The notes under the pieces: model-generated
Database searches by the model: none
What the model saw: only the letters and a program-made list of their open reading frames with translations
Told to the model about the DNA's origin: nothing
IMG/VR virus record: IMGVR_UViG_3300020598_000119
Reading direction: 5' to 3' (one strand)
Origin: a virus
Lineage: Duplodnaviria > Caudoviricetes
DNA length: 64,000 bases
Part shown: one piece after another, positions 23,875 through 33,315 of the stretch
How the letters are laid out: each line of letters opens with the position of its first letter
How positions within the stretch are numbered: position 1 is the first letter of the stretch
Made by a program: the position numbers and the translations under genes

Positions 23875-26517
23875 TTAGAATTTTGGGTGCAACGGTTCTT
23901 CTTCCGGTTCGGCCGATTTTGCAGGAACCGGAGGCCTTCCCATCCCCTGGAATGCGGGACGCCCCATTCCGCCTTGAGCAACCGAAGAAGTTGGAGATGC
24001 TGCAGGCGCAGGCCTCCCCATTCCCGCTGGCTTACTCATGCCGATGGGCTTCGATGGTCCGTTCATTCCAGTTGGACGCGATAACCCCGGTGAAGGAGAT
24101 GTTGGAGAAGGTGTCGGCCGCCCCAGCGCAGCAGGACGCCCCAATGCCGGAGGCCGAACCAAAGGTGCTGGTCTCGTCAAAGGTGCAGGTCGCGATACTC
24201 CTGCCGGACGAGACATGGCACTCCCTGAGACCGCAATGGAAGCCGCAGACTTCTTCGCTTCAACACCGTTGATGTAGCTGAGTTTTTCACTCAGAAACGT
24301 CTTCAACCTGGTTTTTCTCTCTCCCGCCGTCACCTTCTTGACCGAAGCGTCCAGCAAATCGCGATTACCGACGAGAACCAGCTTTTCTTTCGTTCGCGTC
24401 CATTCAGTGTAGACCAGCGTGCGATCCAGCATGCGCTCATGATCAGGGCTAATCGGCATGATCACGACCTTGTACTGGCTTCCCTGTGATTTATGACCCG
24501 TGATAGCATAGGCAAGGATCAGTTCCCTCGCTCGGCTTTCAGGTATTTCGACCGTTTTTCCAGAATCAAATTCAATCTTTACAACCTTGGTCTGGCGACC
24601 ATCAGCGCTCTTCGCGTTCGATGCAGACTTAATCGTTCCGATGTCGCCATTCATGATGTCGTGCTCATAGTCGTTTTTCGTGACCATGACGCGATCTCCA
24701 ACCCTCGGCAGCGGACCATTTGGCCCATTTTTCGTTGCGTCATTAAAGATTGCCGCGCCGCGTGGGTTCAGCTTCTTCGACAGCATCTCATTGAGTTGAT
24801 TGGTACCGCAAATTCCAGTTCTCTGCGGGCAGAGAATAGCAATCTCAGAAAGATGATTTACCTGAAAACGATCCAATTGATCGTCGTTGAACATCGAGAC
24901 GACCTTGTCTGCCATCGCTTGGCCATCCAGGTCATACATAACGATGCCGTCACGCATTACGTTGCTCAAGAACCCCGCACTGAAGGTGCCGTCGCGCATC
25001 TTTGCAGCGCTCGTAGCGATCACGGAATCAGAACGATAGACCTTGCTCAGTTCCGAGACCGGAACCTTGATCCCATTGACTCCTTCAGCTCCAATCAGAT
25101 CGCCTAAAACATAACCAGCGCCGACGCTTGGCAACTGATGCTTATCGCCGACGAGCAGTAGCTTGCCGTCCGATGGGATAGCTTCCAACAAGGCCGCAGT
25201 CAGCTCCACATCCAACATAGACGCTTCGTCGATGATAACCGTGCATCCAGCTGGGAGCTGATTGTTTCGGTTGTAGTTGAAAGAGACACTGGCACCGCCC
25301 TGAGCACCAAGAACTCTATGGACGGTCGAAGCGTTCTTTTTTGTCGTCTCCATAAGTCTCACAGCGGCCTTACCTGTTGGCGCACCAAGAATAACCGGGC
25401 CTGAAGACGTGAGGCTCGCAATCTCGGCGATAGCCTCGGTCACTGTCGATTTACCTGTGCCAGGGCCGCCTGTGAGAATAGCAATACGCTCTCTGGCAGA
25501 GGTCATAACGGCTGATCTCTGAATTTCATCAAACACAGCGTATTTCTGCTGAGAAAGCACCTTCTCTGACACATCATCAATGTGATCGCTCGACGCTTTA
25601 AGACCAGCCTCGACCATTTCACTGACTTTGGTGGCGATGAACATCTCGTTGTTGCGCATGACAACATCTTGCGCGATGAAGCCTTCTGACGTTTGCGTCA
25701 CATCAAGACTCGAATCCGAAAAGAGAACGCCAAGGGCAACCTTATCTTCGATGTCCTTCACCGGAAGCTGATCAAGCAATTCGTTCACAGGCGAATAGGT
25801 ACTGCCATTCCCAATCCGATTGCCGGAAATAGCTTCCCTCACCGCAGAACGAACGCGGCGAAGGTCGCTTTTAGGGATTTTCTTGTATTTGCCAATCTTG
25901 TCGGCTTCCAGAAATCCAACCTTATGCAATTCCGCCAATTCGTAAGGATTGGAATTGATAATATTCATTGTGTTGTCACGATGGAACTGAATGATTGACT
26001 TCAAAGCTACTTCGCTGACACCAGCCGCTTCCAATACGCGAAAAGGCTCGCGCGCAGAAACCCGAAGATTCCAGGCTTTTAGAATCTCCGGCCCGCACTC
26101 AGTTGGGTTCTTCGACATTTCGAAAAGCAATTGAGGGTTCTTTTCGACCTTCAGTGCAGCTTTTGAACCATGCTTAGCGACGAATTCCTTTATCGCATCT
26201 ATCGATATTGCATGCCGATCAAAATTGAAGGTTGTCCTAAAAATCTGGATAGCACCAACTTCTGTGAGTGGCAGGTCGGGCAACACAGAAGTAAGAAAAA
26301 GCTTCAGCTGTGGCTGACCTCTGAATTCAGACTGAACAACCTTTCCCTCAGCCAGGAACCATTCACCAGATTGCATCAGCGGACTAAAGGGGCCGCTTGC
26401 CACAGCATCAATCAAATGGCCGCTGGACTCATAGCGAACGCTCGCGAAGCCTGGCCTGCCCTTTTTCTGCTCGCCACGCCAACTAACAAATTCGCCTCTA
26501 TACGTTTCCTTCGCCAT
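23875..26517 (-). CDS. recD2: RecD2-like SF1B helicase with Pro/Arg-rich repeat tail
   Basis: TGGPGTGKS, APTGKAA, IIDEASM, GDKHQLPSVG, LAYAITGHKSQGS. Confidence 0.88.
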   Translation of the reverse strand: MAKETYRGEFVSWRGEQKKGRPGFASVRYESSGHLIDAVASGPFSPLMQSGEWFLAEGKVVQSEFRGQPQLKLFLTSVLPDLPLTEVGAIQIFRTTFNFDRHAISIDAIKEFVAKHGSKAALKVEKNPQLLFEMSKNPTECGPEILKAWNLRVSAREPFRVLEAAGVSEVALKSIIQFHRDNTMNIINSNPYELAELHKVGFLEADKIGKYKKIPKSDLRRVRSAVREAISGNRIGNGSTYSPVNELLDQLPVKDIEDKVALGVLFSDSSLDVTQTSEGFIAQDVVMRNNEMFIATKVSEMVEAGLKASSDHIDDVSEKVLSQQKYAVFDEIQRSAVMTSARERIAILTGGPGTGKSTVTEAIAEIASLTSSGPVILGAPTGKAAVRLMETTKKNASTVHRVLGAQGGASVSFNYNRNNQLPAGCTVIIDEASMLDVELTAALLEAIPSDGKLLLVGDKHQLPSVGAGYVLGDLIGAEGVNGIKVPVSELSKVYRSDSVIATSAAKMRDGTFSAGFLSNVMRDGIVMYDLDGQAMADKVVSMFNDDQLDRFQVNHLSEIAILCPQRTGICGTNQLNEMLSKKLNPRGAAIFNDATKNGPNGPLPRVGDRVMVTKNDYEHDIMNGDIGTIKSASNAKSADGRQTKVVKIEFDSGKTVEIPESRARELILAYAITGHKSQGSQYKVVIMPISPDHERMLDRTLVYTEWTRTKEKLVLVGNRDLLDASVKKVTAGERKTRLKTFLSEKLSYINGVEAKKSAASIAVSGSAMSRPAGVSRPAPLTRPAPLVRPPALGRPAALGRPTPSPTSPSPGLSRPTGMNGPSKPIGMSKPAGMGRPAPAASPTSSVAQGGMGRPAFQGMGRPPVPAKSAEPEEEPLHPKF

Positions 26518-26629
26518 ATTGCTTCCGCTTGTTCCGGAAGTCAGCAGGCGCGCAAAAATAGGCCGCTGACTCCATAAGAATCCAACGTAAACATTTTAAG
26601 CGAATTACCTTGAAATTAACAAAAGCCGA

Positions 26630-27439
26630 TTAAAATAAGCAGAGCAAAATCAACATTGAGATCAAGAGAGCCAAGACAAGTGACGGCCCCATCGGCACCC
26701 ACTTGATCCCCCTTAAGCGCAAAGGGAAGGCGTGGAGGATGTAGAGCGCGCTCAGGATAAGCAGATACCACGGCACAAACTGGACACCGATCCATGCTCC
26801 CGCAACAGCGGCGAAGGCGACATCGCCTCCCGCATGCGTATTTTCCTTCGTCACGATGCCAATAGCGAACATAGCGAACCACATCGCCGCCGCACATAGA
26901 GCTGCGCCAATGATCCGGTCATAGACGTCAAAGACCGCAGGCGTCATCAGAAGCCCAGCGAAGAGCAGGAACCACGTCAGCTCTTCAGGGATGATATGGT
27001 GCTCATAGTCGATCCAGGCGATCAGAAATCCAGCCCAGAGCAAAATGACTAGGCTTAGAACCCACCAATCGAAATCCCTTACGATGAGCGGAATGGCTGC
27101 CGTGCAAACACCCAGTATGGCTTCTATGATTGGATATATTTTGGGGACCGAGTATCGACAATCTGGACACCGCCCTCTCCTGACGACCCAACCTATCACC
27201 GGAATGAGGTCTATCAGCCCTAACCTCCTGCTGCATTCCTCGCATCGAGACGGTGGAAAAGAAATTGCGTAAAGGATCGAGTCATCTTCTGAAAGATGTC
27301 CAATACGATGCACCACAAGACCAGTGAAGCTAGCAAACATTGCGCCAGTCAGGAATAAAACCAGCGTCATAAATGTAGCAAAAATTGGATATTCCAATGT
27401 CGAATATGCCAGCGACAGGTCGAGCAATATCGCGTCCAT
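26630..27439 (-). CDS. pilD: Prepilin peptidase / N-methyltransferase
   Basis: PPSRCEEC...IPVIGW...GRCPDC Zn domain; catalytic Asp motifs WIDYEH and GGD; multiple TMs; start probably ATG 27439. Confidence 0.9.
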   Translation of the reverse strand: MDAILLDLSLAYSTLEYPIFATFMTLVLFLTGAMFASFTGLVVHRIGHLSEDDSILYAISFPPSRCEECSRRLGLIDLIPVIGWVVRRGRCPDCRYSVPKIYPIIEAILGVCTAAIPLIVRDFDWWVLSLVILLWAGFLIAWIDYEHHIIPEELTWFLLFAGLLMTPAVFDVYDRIIGAALCAAAMWFAMFAIGIVTKENTHAGGDVAFAAVAGAWIGVQFVPWYLLILSALYILHAFPLRLRGIKWVPMGPSLVLALLISMLILLCLF

Positions 27440-27488
27440 TAATCTGATCCATGTAGATTTCACTTAAATCAGTGTGGATCAGATTAAT
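27438..27488. repeat. Long palindrome overlapping the pilD translation start
   Basis: attaatctgatcca (27438-27451) / tggatcagattaat (27475-27488) with inner gattt/aaatc. Confidence 0.8.
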
Positions 27489-27503
27489 TACGCTGTGAAG
27501 GCA

Positions 27504-28406
27504 TCAAAGGCCCGTTTTATTGTCCTTTTCGGGAGTGTTCTGCGACTTCATTCCTTGAGAGGCCGCCAACGCGAAGGCTCCGAAGCAAGTCGACCATTCG
27601 GAAAATGACCTGAGAACATCGTCGACTGGCTTTGTTTCGGCAAGCCACTTCGCCTTCTGGACCTCGGTCATTTTGCTTCCTTCCAGATGTGAGGCAACTT
27701 CAATTGCCTTGCGCTCATAGCAAGCTTCCATAAGCGAGCAGAGATTGCGGGAAAGCGTCTGCGTCACGTTCCGGCGATCAGCGTCACGAACTTCTCCAGG
27801 AAGGATATCGAAGGCCATCTTCGATGCCGTTCTCACAACGTAGTTGACCACCTTGCCAAGAGCCTCTTCTTTACCAAGACGGAAATCGTAGATATCAACC
27901 AGTTTCGACAAGGAACCTGCCAGAGATACGGCTGAGATCATCAAGGATGCATCATCAGACATCTTGTCATCTTTGAAGCTGTCGAAATCCCAGCTCTTGT
28001 CAGCCAGATTGATTGCCGACGCCATTTCCTTTGCTGCTTTTTCGACATCGATAGGCTTGTTGCTAAGCCAAAGATCGGCGACGTATTCAGCAGCGTCGGT
28101 GCGGAACGGCTTTGCTTCTGCAGCTGTCACCTCTTCAGGCGACTTCTTGTTGATCTCGGCCGCAATCAAGACCGCCAGCTTCATGGCGTTGGATGCATGT
28201 ACGCGCAATACGTCCCCATCCAAAACTTCATTGATCGAAGTACCTGCCTTCGCGAAAGCACGGAACAGCGGACCATTGTGGTTCAGAAACTGCTGAATCG
28301 CGACCTTAGTGCGAAATCTCTCCTCGCGCTGCTCGCGATAGATCATGTCTGCTTCTGCGCCAAATCCATTATCTCTACTTTGGCTTTTAGGCAGTCTTAA
28401 TGTCAT
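27504..28406 (-). CDS. Hypothetical helical protein
   Basis: 300-aa ORF with ggag RBS, co-oriented with pilD. Confidence 0.75.
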   Translation of the reverse strand: MTLRLPKSQSRDNGFGAEADMIYREQREERFRTKVAIQQFLNHNGPLFRAFAKAGTSINEVLDGDVLRVHASNAMKLAVLIAAEINKKSPEEVTAAEAKPFRTDAAEYVADLWLSNKPIDVEKAAKEMASAINLADKSWDFDSFKDDKMSDDASLMISAVSLAGSLSKLVDIYDFRLGKEEALGKVVNYVVRTASKMAFDILPGEVRDADRRNVTQTLSRNLCSLMEACYERKAIEVASHLEGSKMTEVQKAKWLAETKPVDDVLRSFSEWSTCFGAFALAASQGMKSQNTPEKDNKTGL

Positions 28407-28426
28407 ATCTCCAACCTCAATATCCC

Positions 28427-29293
28427 TTATTTTGACGCGGCATTTATTTCCATGTCACCAAGTTCACTGTTATCAAGCTGATTCCGATCAAGATAATCCG
28501 AAAACTCTTGAACGACTTCATCCATGATGCATTCGCCATTCTTGAATGAGCGTCTAATAACATCGACCATCGGCACGAAAAGAAGAAGCGGAGCCGAGTG
28601 ATTTATCTTGGTAACGGTATATCCCAATACCGCCTTGTCATCTTTTTCCATCGTGATCAGAAACCCGCCCTGCCCTTTTTTTGATGCGACAGGAATGGCC
28701 CATTTAAGCCCAGCGGATACAAGCAATGCGGGCAGCATGAAACTTGGAGACGCAAAGTCGTCTGCATCAATCTCGACACCAGCCAAATAGGCTGTGCGGT
28801 CCTGCAGAACCTTCTCGATGCTGACTTTGAGCATCCTCTGCATCTTTTCGTCCAACGCCCGCTTCGGCTTTCCGGTCGTTTTTAGCGCGACCTCTTCCTC
28901 AGCCTTCTTGATGCTGACCAGTTGATTGATGACGCTCAAGGCCCCCTGCATGCCAAGGGCTGGGCGAGCGGCCGACAACATCTTCATGCTGGTTGTGATG
29001 TCGACAATGGTGCCTGCACCAGCGCGGATCAACCATGGGGGCGCTACCCGCGATTGGGAGATGCCAAAATGAACTGCAGGCCAGGCGATGCCCGCCATGG
29101 CTGCCTTGGTCGTAAGATCGCTGGCTGCATTCTGCGCAAGGCGCTCATTGTCAGTGGGGACAACAGCGGCAAGACCTAGCTCTGGATGAACAATCGCAAC
29201 ATAAAAAGTCGCCGGTAGAACCGTGAACGAGCCATCCAAGCCCTCAGTTAAAATGTTCGCAAGATCCGCAATCATCGAGGCTTCGGACGTCAT
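28427..29293 (-). CDS. Hypothetical protein
   Basis: ggag RBS before ATG 29293. Confidence 0.72.
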   Translation of the reverse strand: MTSEASMIADLANILTEGLDGSFTVLPATFYVAIVHPELGLAAVVPTDNERLAQNAASDLTTKAAMAGIAWPAVHFGISQSRVAPPWLIRAGAGTIVDITTSMKMLSAARPALGMQGALSVINQLVSIKKAEEEVALKTTGKPKRALDEKMQRMLKVSIEKVLQDRTAYLAGVEIDADDFASPSFMLPALLVSAGLKWAIPVASKKGQGGFLITMEKDDKAVLGYTVTKINHSAPLLLFVPMVDVIRRSFKNGECIMDEVVQEFSDYLDRNQLDNSELGDMEINAASK

Positions 29294-29391
29294 ATGACAC
29301 TCCCAATTAATCAATCTATCTTCAAAGCTTTACAGCTGGCGGCCCCTACCGCAACCATTGAATAATAAATGAATGAAAAACGAGGTCATCA

Positions 29392-29847
29392 ATGTCTTCA
29401 CAAATGGAAAGCCATCCCCTCATCCAGTGGATCAATGGTCTCATTGTCCGTGGCGGCGCGAAATATGAAAATGGTGACCTATATCTGACACCTTTGGCAG
29501 CGCGTCGATTTGCTCTAAGCCTTTACGAGAAAAATCCGGTTCTCTGCTGGTCAGACACCGATAACAAGGCTCTCGGAGGGGTTAAATGGAAGACAGCAGC
29601 AATCGTTTTCGGCCTTAAAAACCAAGATTGGATCGCGTTGAATTGTCCTGACATCAGAATTAAAAACTCAAGCGCCCTTAATCCCGTTAAACTAAGAATT
29701 TTTATTCCGGTCAGCACAGGACGCCTCGACCCGTGGAAGGAGGTAATGCCTCCTAAACTTGGCATATCTATCTTCTCAATGGAAAACGGGCGACCTGTGT
29801 TAACAAGCCGCCCTGCATTCACTATACCAGTAAAACTGATGGGATAG
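29392..29847 (+). CDS. Hypothetical protein
   Basis: gagg RBS; 151 aa. Confidence 0.65.
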   Translation: MSSQMESHPLIQWINGLIVRGGAKYENGDLYLTPLAARRFALSLYEKNPVLCWSDTDNKALGGVKWKTAAIVFGLKNQDWIALNCPDIRIKNSSALNPVKLRIFIPVSTGRLDPWKEVMPPKLGISIFSMENGRPVLTSRPAFTIPVKLMG

Positions 29848-29857
29848 AAAGTCTCGA

Positions 29858-30118
29858 TTAACTCATGCCAAGTGCGTCCATGTAAAGCTGAAGCATAGCT
29901 TCTTCTTCCTGGCGCTCATGATCTTCCTTTTTACGGAGACGAATAATCGTTTTTACGATTTTTGAATCGAAGCCTGACCCCTTCAACTCGGCGAATACTT
30001 CCTTAATATCATCCGCTATAGTTTTCTTTTCTTCCTCAAGACGCTCGATGCGTTCGATAAAAGCGCGCAGCTGGCCAACGGCGATGGTCTGGGCTTCAGA
30101 GGTGATATCATCCGACAT
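29858..30118 (-). CDS. gapR: GapR / DUF2312 (UPF0335) nucleoid-associated protein
   Basis: [37 protein letters not shown]...LYMDALGM family signature. Confidence 0.93.
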   Translation of the reverse strand: MSDDITSEAQTIAVGQLRAFIERIERLEEEKKTIADDIKEVFAELKGSGFDSKIVKTIIRLRKKEDHERQEEEAMLQLYMDALGMS

Positions 30119-30249
30119 TATTAAGCTCCTTAAATGTTTGCTCGGGATGATTTAAAGGTGAAATCAAACCCGAGCTGTGTCAACGATTTTTGTGCTTAAT
30201 TATCGAATTTTATTTTTTGCCAGGAATATCGGCTTATTTCCCGTAGAAT

Positions 30250-30456
30250 TTAACGACGTGGGCTAGGTGCTGGAGGCGTCAGCTCATATGTTTCGTCGTT
30301 TGTTGGAACTGGAGCTGGAGTCAGCTCGTTCAGCTGGGTCAAGGCATCGCCAAGGTCTCTGACCTGATCGGCTGCCATAAACGGAAGTCCAAAAATATCG
30401 CCGAGAATACCACCCTGTTCGACCCTATTTCCGTATGCTGGAGTTACGTTTTCCAT
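30250..30456 (-). CDS. Small hypothetical protein
   Basis: aggaga RBS; ends ...PPAPSPRR. Confidence 0.6.
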   Translation of the reverse strand: MENVTPAYGNRVEQGGILGDIFGLPFMAADQVRDLGDALTQLNELTPAPVPTNDETYELTPPAPSPRR

Positions 30457-30545
30457 TTCTTTCTCCTAGATGCTTGCCTGGAACTGTTGCAAGATGTTCA
30501 ATTAATAGAACTATCTTCAAGCGAAATGTCGCAAGGAACAAGCGT

Positions 30546-31025
30546 ATGAGCTGGTTAAATAAAGAATCGATGGAAAAATGGTTTGATCTCCTACCGGACG
30601 ACATCGCTTCTTGCATGAGCAAACAGGATTTAAAGCCGACAGATCAAGATAACGACATTGTACGTGAACTTGAGACCCTAAAGAACGGCCGTGAAATTCT
30701 GGAGTACGTTCTCTCTAAGGCCGATATTTTCGCTGATTTTGGTCGGCCAAGGCGCATTCGGTTTCTTGCTTGGTTCGCCGCCCGCGACTATCCTGATGTA
30801 GTTCGGGCAATCCAGCTTATGACTGACGAAGAGAGCGCTGGCGGTGCTACAGACGGCTCAGAAAAAGTGGCTCCGCTATTTATGGCAGACATTCGAGCTT
30901 TGGTTGAATCACTCGGGCCGAGGGTAGCCCATAGCATCGTCGATGCATCAACGCTGGGAATTATTCGAGGCGCTGGTTTTGAGGTTGCAAATGAATTTGA
31001 AATGAAGTCTGGAGGTGGCATATGA
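30546..31025 (+). CDS. icmW: IcmW-like type IVB adaptor (tentative)
   Basis: Size (~160 aa), N-terminal LxxE...KWF and RRIRFLAW..ARDYP segment resemble IcmW; first gene of an operon of exported proteins near icmB. Confidence 0.5.
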   Translation: MSWLNKESMEKWFDLLPDDIASCMSKQDLKPTDQDNDIVRELETLKNGREILEYVLSKADIFADFGRPRRIRFLAWFAARDYPDVVRAIQLMTDEESAGGATDGSEKVAPLFMADIRALVESLGPRVAHSIVDASTLGIIRGAGFEVANEFEMKSGGGI

Positions 31026-31510
31026 GTATTTCGAAGCGAATAAAGATTGCAGTTGTAGCTGCAACGGTTGGCCTTTCGGTTGCAGGCAATGCCATGGCGG
31101 CGAACGACTGCGCGCCTGAAGTGGAAAGCGTGCTTGATCAACAGCGCTCGGCCTACATAGACTCCTTCGGTGATCTCGCCACCAAGAACTTCTCGCAGCG
31201 ACCAGGCTCATTCGCCTCCACCACCTGCCTCGACAATCTGATGAAGGGCGGTGGCATGGACATCTTCTTCAAGCCACCGAGCCTCGACGGCATTCTCAAC
31301 ATGGTCAAGAATCTCGCCTGTGAGCAGGCTTCCCAGATTTTTAATAAGGCCATGGGCGGAAGTGGCATCAACGGCGGTAGCATCCTGAAGCCGGGAGAAA
31401 TTCTCAGCGGCATCAACTTGGGTAGCAACCCAGGCTCCTTCCCTGTGTCCATCAGCATGCCAAATGGTAACTCGGCTGGAACTCCCGGTATCGGAGACCT
31501 CTTTAAATGA
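31022..31510 (+). CDS. Exported Cys-containing conjugation-associated protein
   Basis: Signal peptide (..GNAMA|A); C.PE...CLD.L...DI.FKPPSL...C motif shared with 32350-33291. Confidence 0.75.
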   Translation: MSISKRIKIAVVAATVGLSVAGNAMAANDCAPEVESVLDQQRSAYIDSFGDLATKNFSQRPGSFASTTCLDNLMKGGGMDIFFKPPSLDGILNMVKNLACEQASQIFNKAMGGSGINGGSILKPGEILSGINLGSNPGSFPVSISMPNGNSAGTPGIGDLFK

Positions 31511-32343
31511 TCAGACACCTATCCCTAGCACTTGCGACTTCGCTTATCGCCTTCACCGCAAACGCCGCTCCTGTCGAACTCAGGGAGCAGGTGAATTCAC
31601 GTGAACGCGAACTCGTGAATGTGATGTTCTCGTCATACCTTGCTGATCGCGTCGGCGCTGCGATCCAGACAGCTGTTGTCGATTTGGATAGCGATGGCGT
31701 GGGTGAAATTATCACTCGCTTCGTTCACACCAACTCGTGTGACGCTGATATGCAGAGATGCCGCACAACGATCTCCCACTTCACAGATGGAAGATGGAAC
31801 GTCGTTTTTGACCGTTATGCGTCGAAAATTGACGATGTACAGGTCGGTAAGCGTCTGCCAGACGCTATCGTCGTCGACGGAATGAAATGGGAATGGGATG
31901 TTTTTAGTAAGTCGTTTGCACCTACTAAGGATGAGCGATGGACAACAATTGACTGGCAGGAAGTGCCCGCAGCTCAAACAGCAAGCTATGCGTCCTTCTT
32001 TGGTGAAGGCGCAAGCAAGTTGCTTGCCGCAGGCAGGGGAGTAAAAATTGAATACTCCACGACGCCTATTTCCAAGAAGAAGGACCTCGTCGTCCTTAGA
32101 CTTAGCGGAAAGTCCGTTTGCGGAACGAAAACAGGATGCCCTGTCCGAGTTGTCAAGCAAACCGATGGAAAATGGAATGCGATCCTCAGCTCATCGACAA
32201 TGAAAGACGCGTCTCGCATTATTACTGAACGAGACGGGTACAACGATATAATTTTGGAAACCTCGAAGGGGTTTGCAGCTTATGGGTGGAATGGCTCCGT
32301 CTACACAGTTGCCGACCGAATTGAGTCCAATCGGAAGGAGTAG
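31507..32343 (+). CDS. Exported protein with two repeated Cys-pair domains
   Basis: Signal peptide; DLDSDGVGEII..C..C and C..C..DGYNDII; overlapping stop/start with upstream gene. Confidence 0.75.
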   Translation: MIRHLSLALATSLIAFTANAAPVELREQVNSRERELVNVMFSSYLADRVGAAIQTAVVDLDSDGVGEIITRFVHTNSCDADMQRCRTTISHFTDGRWNVVFDRYASKIDDVQVGKRLPDAIVVDGMKWEWDVFSKSFAPTKDERWTTIDWQEVPAAQTASYASFFGEGASKLLAAGRGVKIEYSTTPISKKKDLVVLRLSGKSVCGTKTGCPVRVVKQTDGKWNAILSSSTMKDASRIITERDGYNDIILETSKGFAAYGWNGSVYTVADRIESNRKE

Positions 32344-32349
32344 TCGAAA

Positions 32350-33291
32350 ATGAAAAAGACATTTGTGCTTTCTCTGGCTCTTGCATCAACAATGATGTTT
32401 TCCTCAGCGGCGAACGCGGACGAACTTCGCGCAAAGTTACTGAATTTCGAACGACAAACCGACCTCCCTGTTTCCGCTGAAAGCGTTCAGTCAACATGGT
32501 CACAGTTGGTAGCCATGGGTACCAATCAGTTCCTCGGCGGCACAATTGGCGGGTTCAAGCTTGATGAATCTTCTATGATTGCGGGCGCTATGACTGTTGG
32601 GACCTCAGAATTCGACAATTTTCTCAGAACAGGAAAGCTGAATTCTTCAAACCCGAATATCGGAAGCATTCTAAGTGAAGCGATGTCAAAAGGCGCTGGG
32701 TTTAACCTATCCTCTTTTATCAATAGTTACACCCCCAATGGGGGGATGCTTGGGTCTCAATCTACCGCCAATTTTTCGAATTCCTCGGGTGCGACAGGCG
32801 TCGACGGAACCTGTGAACCTGAAATCGCTCAAGGCCTGGTCGATCAAGCAAACAAGCATGTCAATGATATTGTCTCGGTTGCATCCAGTGACGAATTCGG
32901 TTTCAGCAGTATAGCACAGACCACTGGAGGCATGACGGGCTTTGCAGGGATGAGTTGCCTTGACAAGCTCTTCCAGAATGCTGGCGCAGACATTCTCTTC
33001 AAACCCCCATCGCTCGGAAATCTCTCCAATCAGCTGCAAAACTGGTCCTGTAATGCAGCCGTTCCAGTGGCAGAACAGGTTGCTGGAGCATTCGGCAACG
33101 ATGCTTTCCAGACCGCCGACTACGGCGGTTTTATGCCTGAAATGACGATGTCGGACGCCCAGACGGGAAATCCGTTTAATAATCCGAAGTCGAATGCAGA
33201 GACGGTTTACGGCGCTAAATTTGCTAAATTCGACGCTCTAAATGACAATGACATTAATTCAAGAGCTTCACTGAGCAAGCTGTTTCGGTGA
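32350..33291 (+). CDS. Exported conjugation-associated protein (C-terminal part paralogous to 31022-31510)
   Basis: Signal peptide; CEPE...SCLDKLF..DILFKPPSL...SC. Confidence 0.75.
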   Translation: MKKTFVLSLALASTMMFSSAANADELRAKLLNFERQTDLPVSAESVQSTWSQLVAMGTNQFLGGTIGGFKLDESSMIAGAMTVGTSEFDNFLRTGKLNSSNPNIGSILSEAMSKGAGFNLSSFINSYTPNGGMLGSQSTANFSNSSGATGVDGTCEPEIAQGLVDQANKHVNDIVSVASSDEFGFSSIAQTTGGMTGFAGMSCLDKLFQNAGADILFKPPSLGNLSNQLQNWSCNAAVPVAEQVAGAFGNDAFQTADYGGFMPEMTMSDAQTGNPFNNPKSNAETVYGAKFAKFDALNDNDINSRASLSKLFR

Positions 33292-33315
33292 TTATTGGAT
33301 AAAAGGAGGCATATA

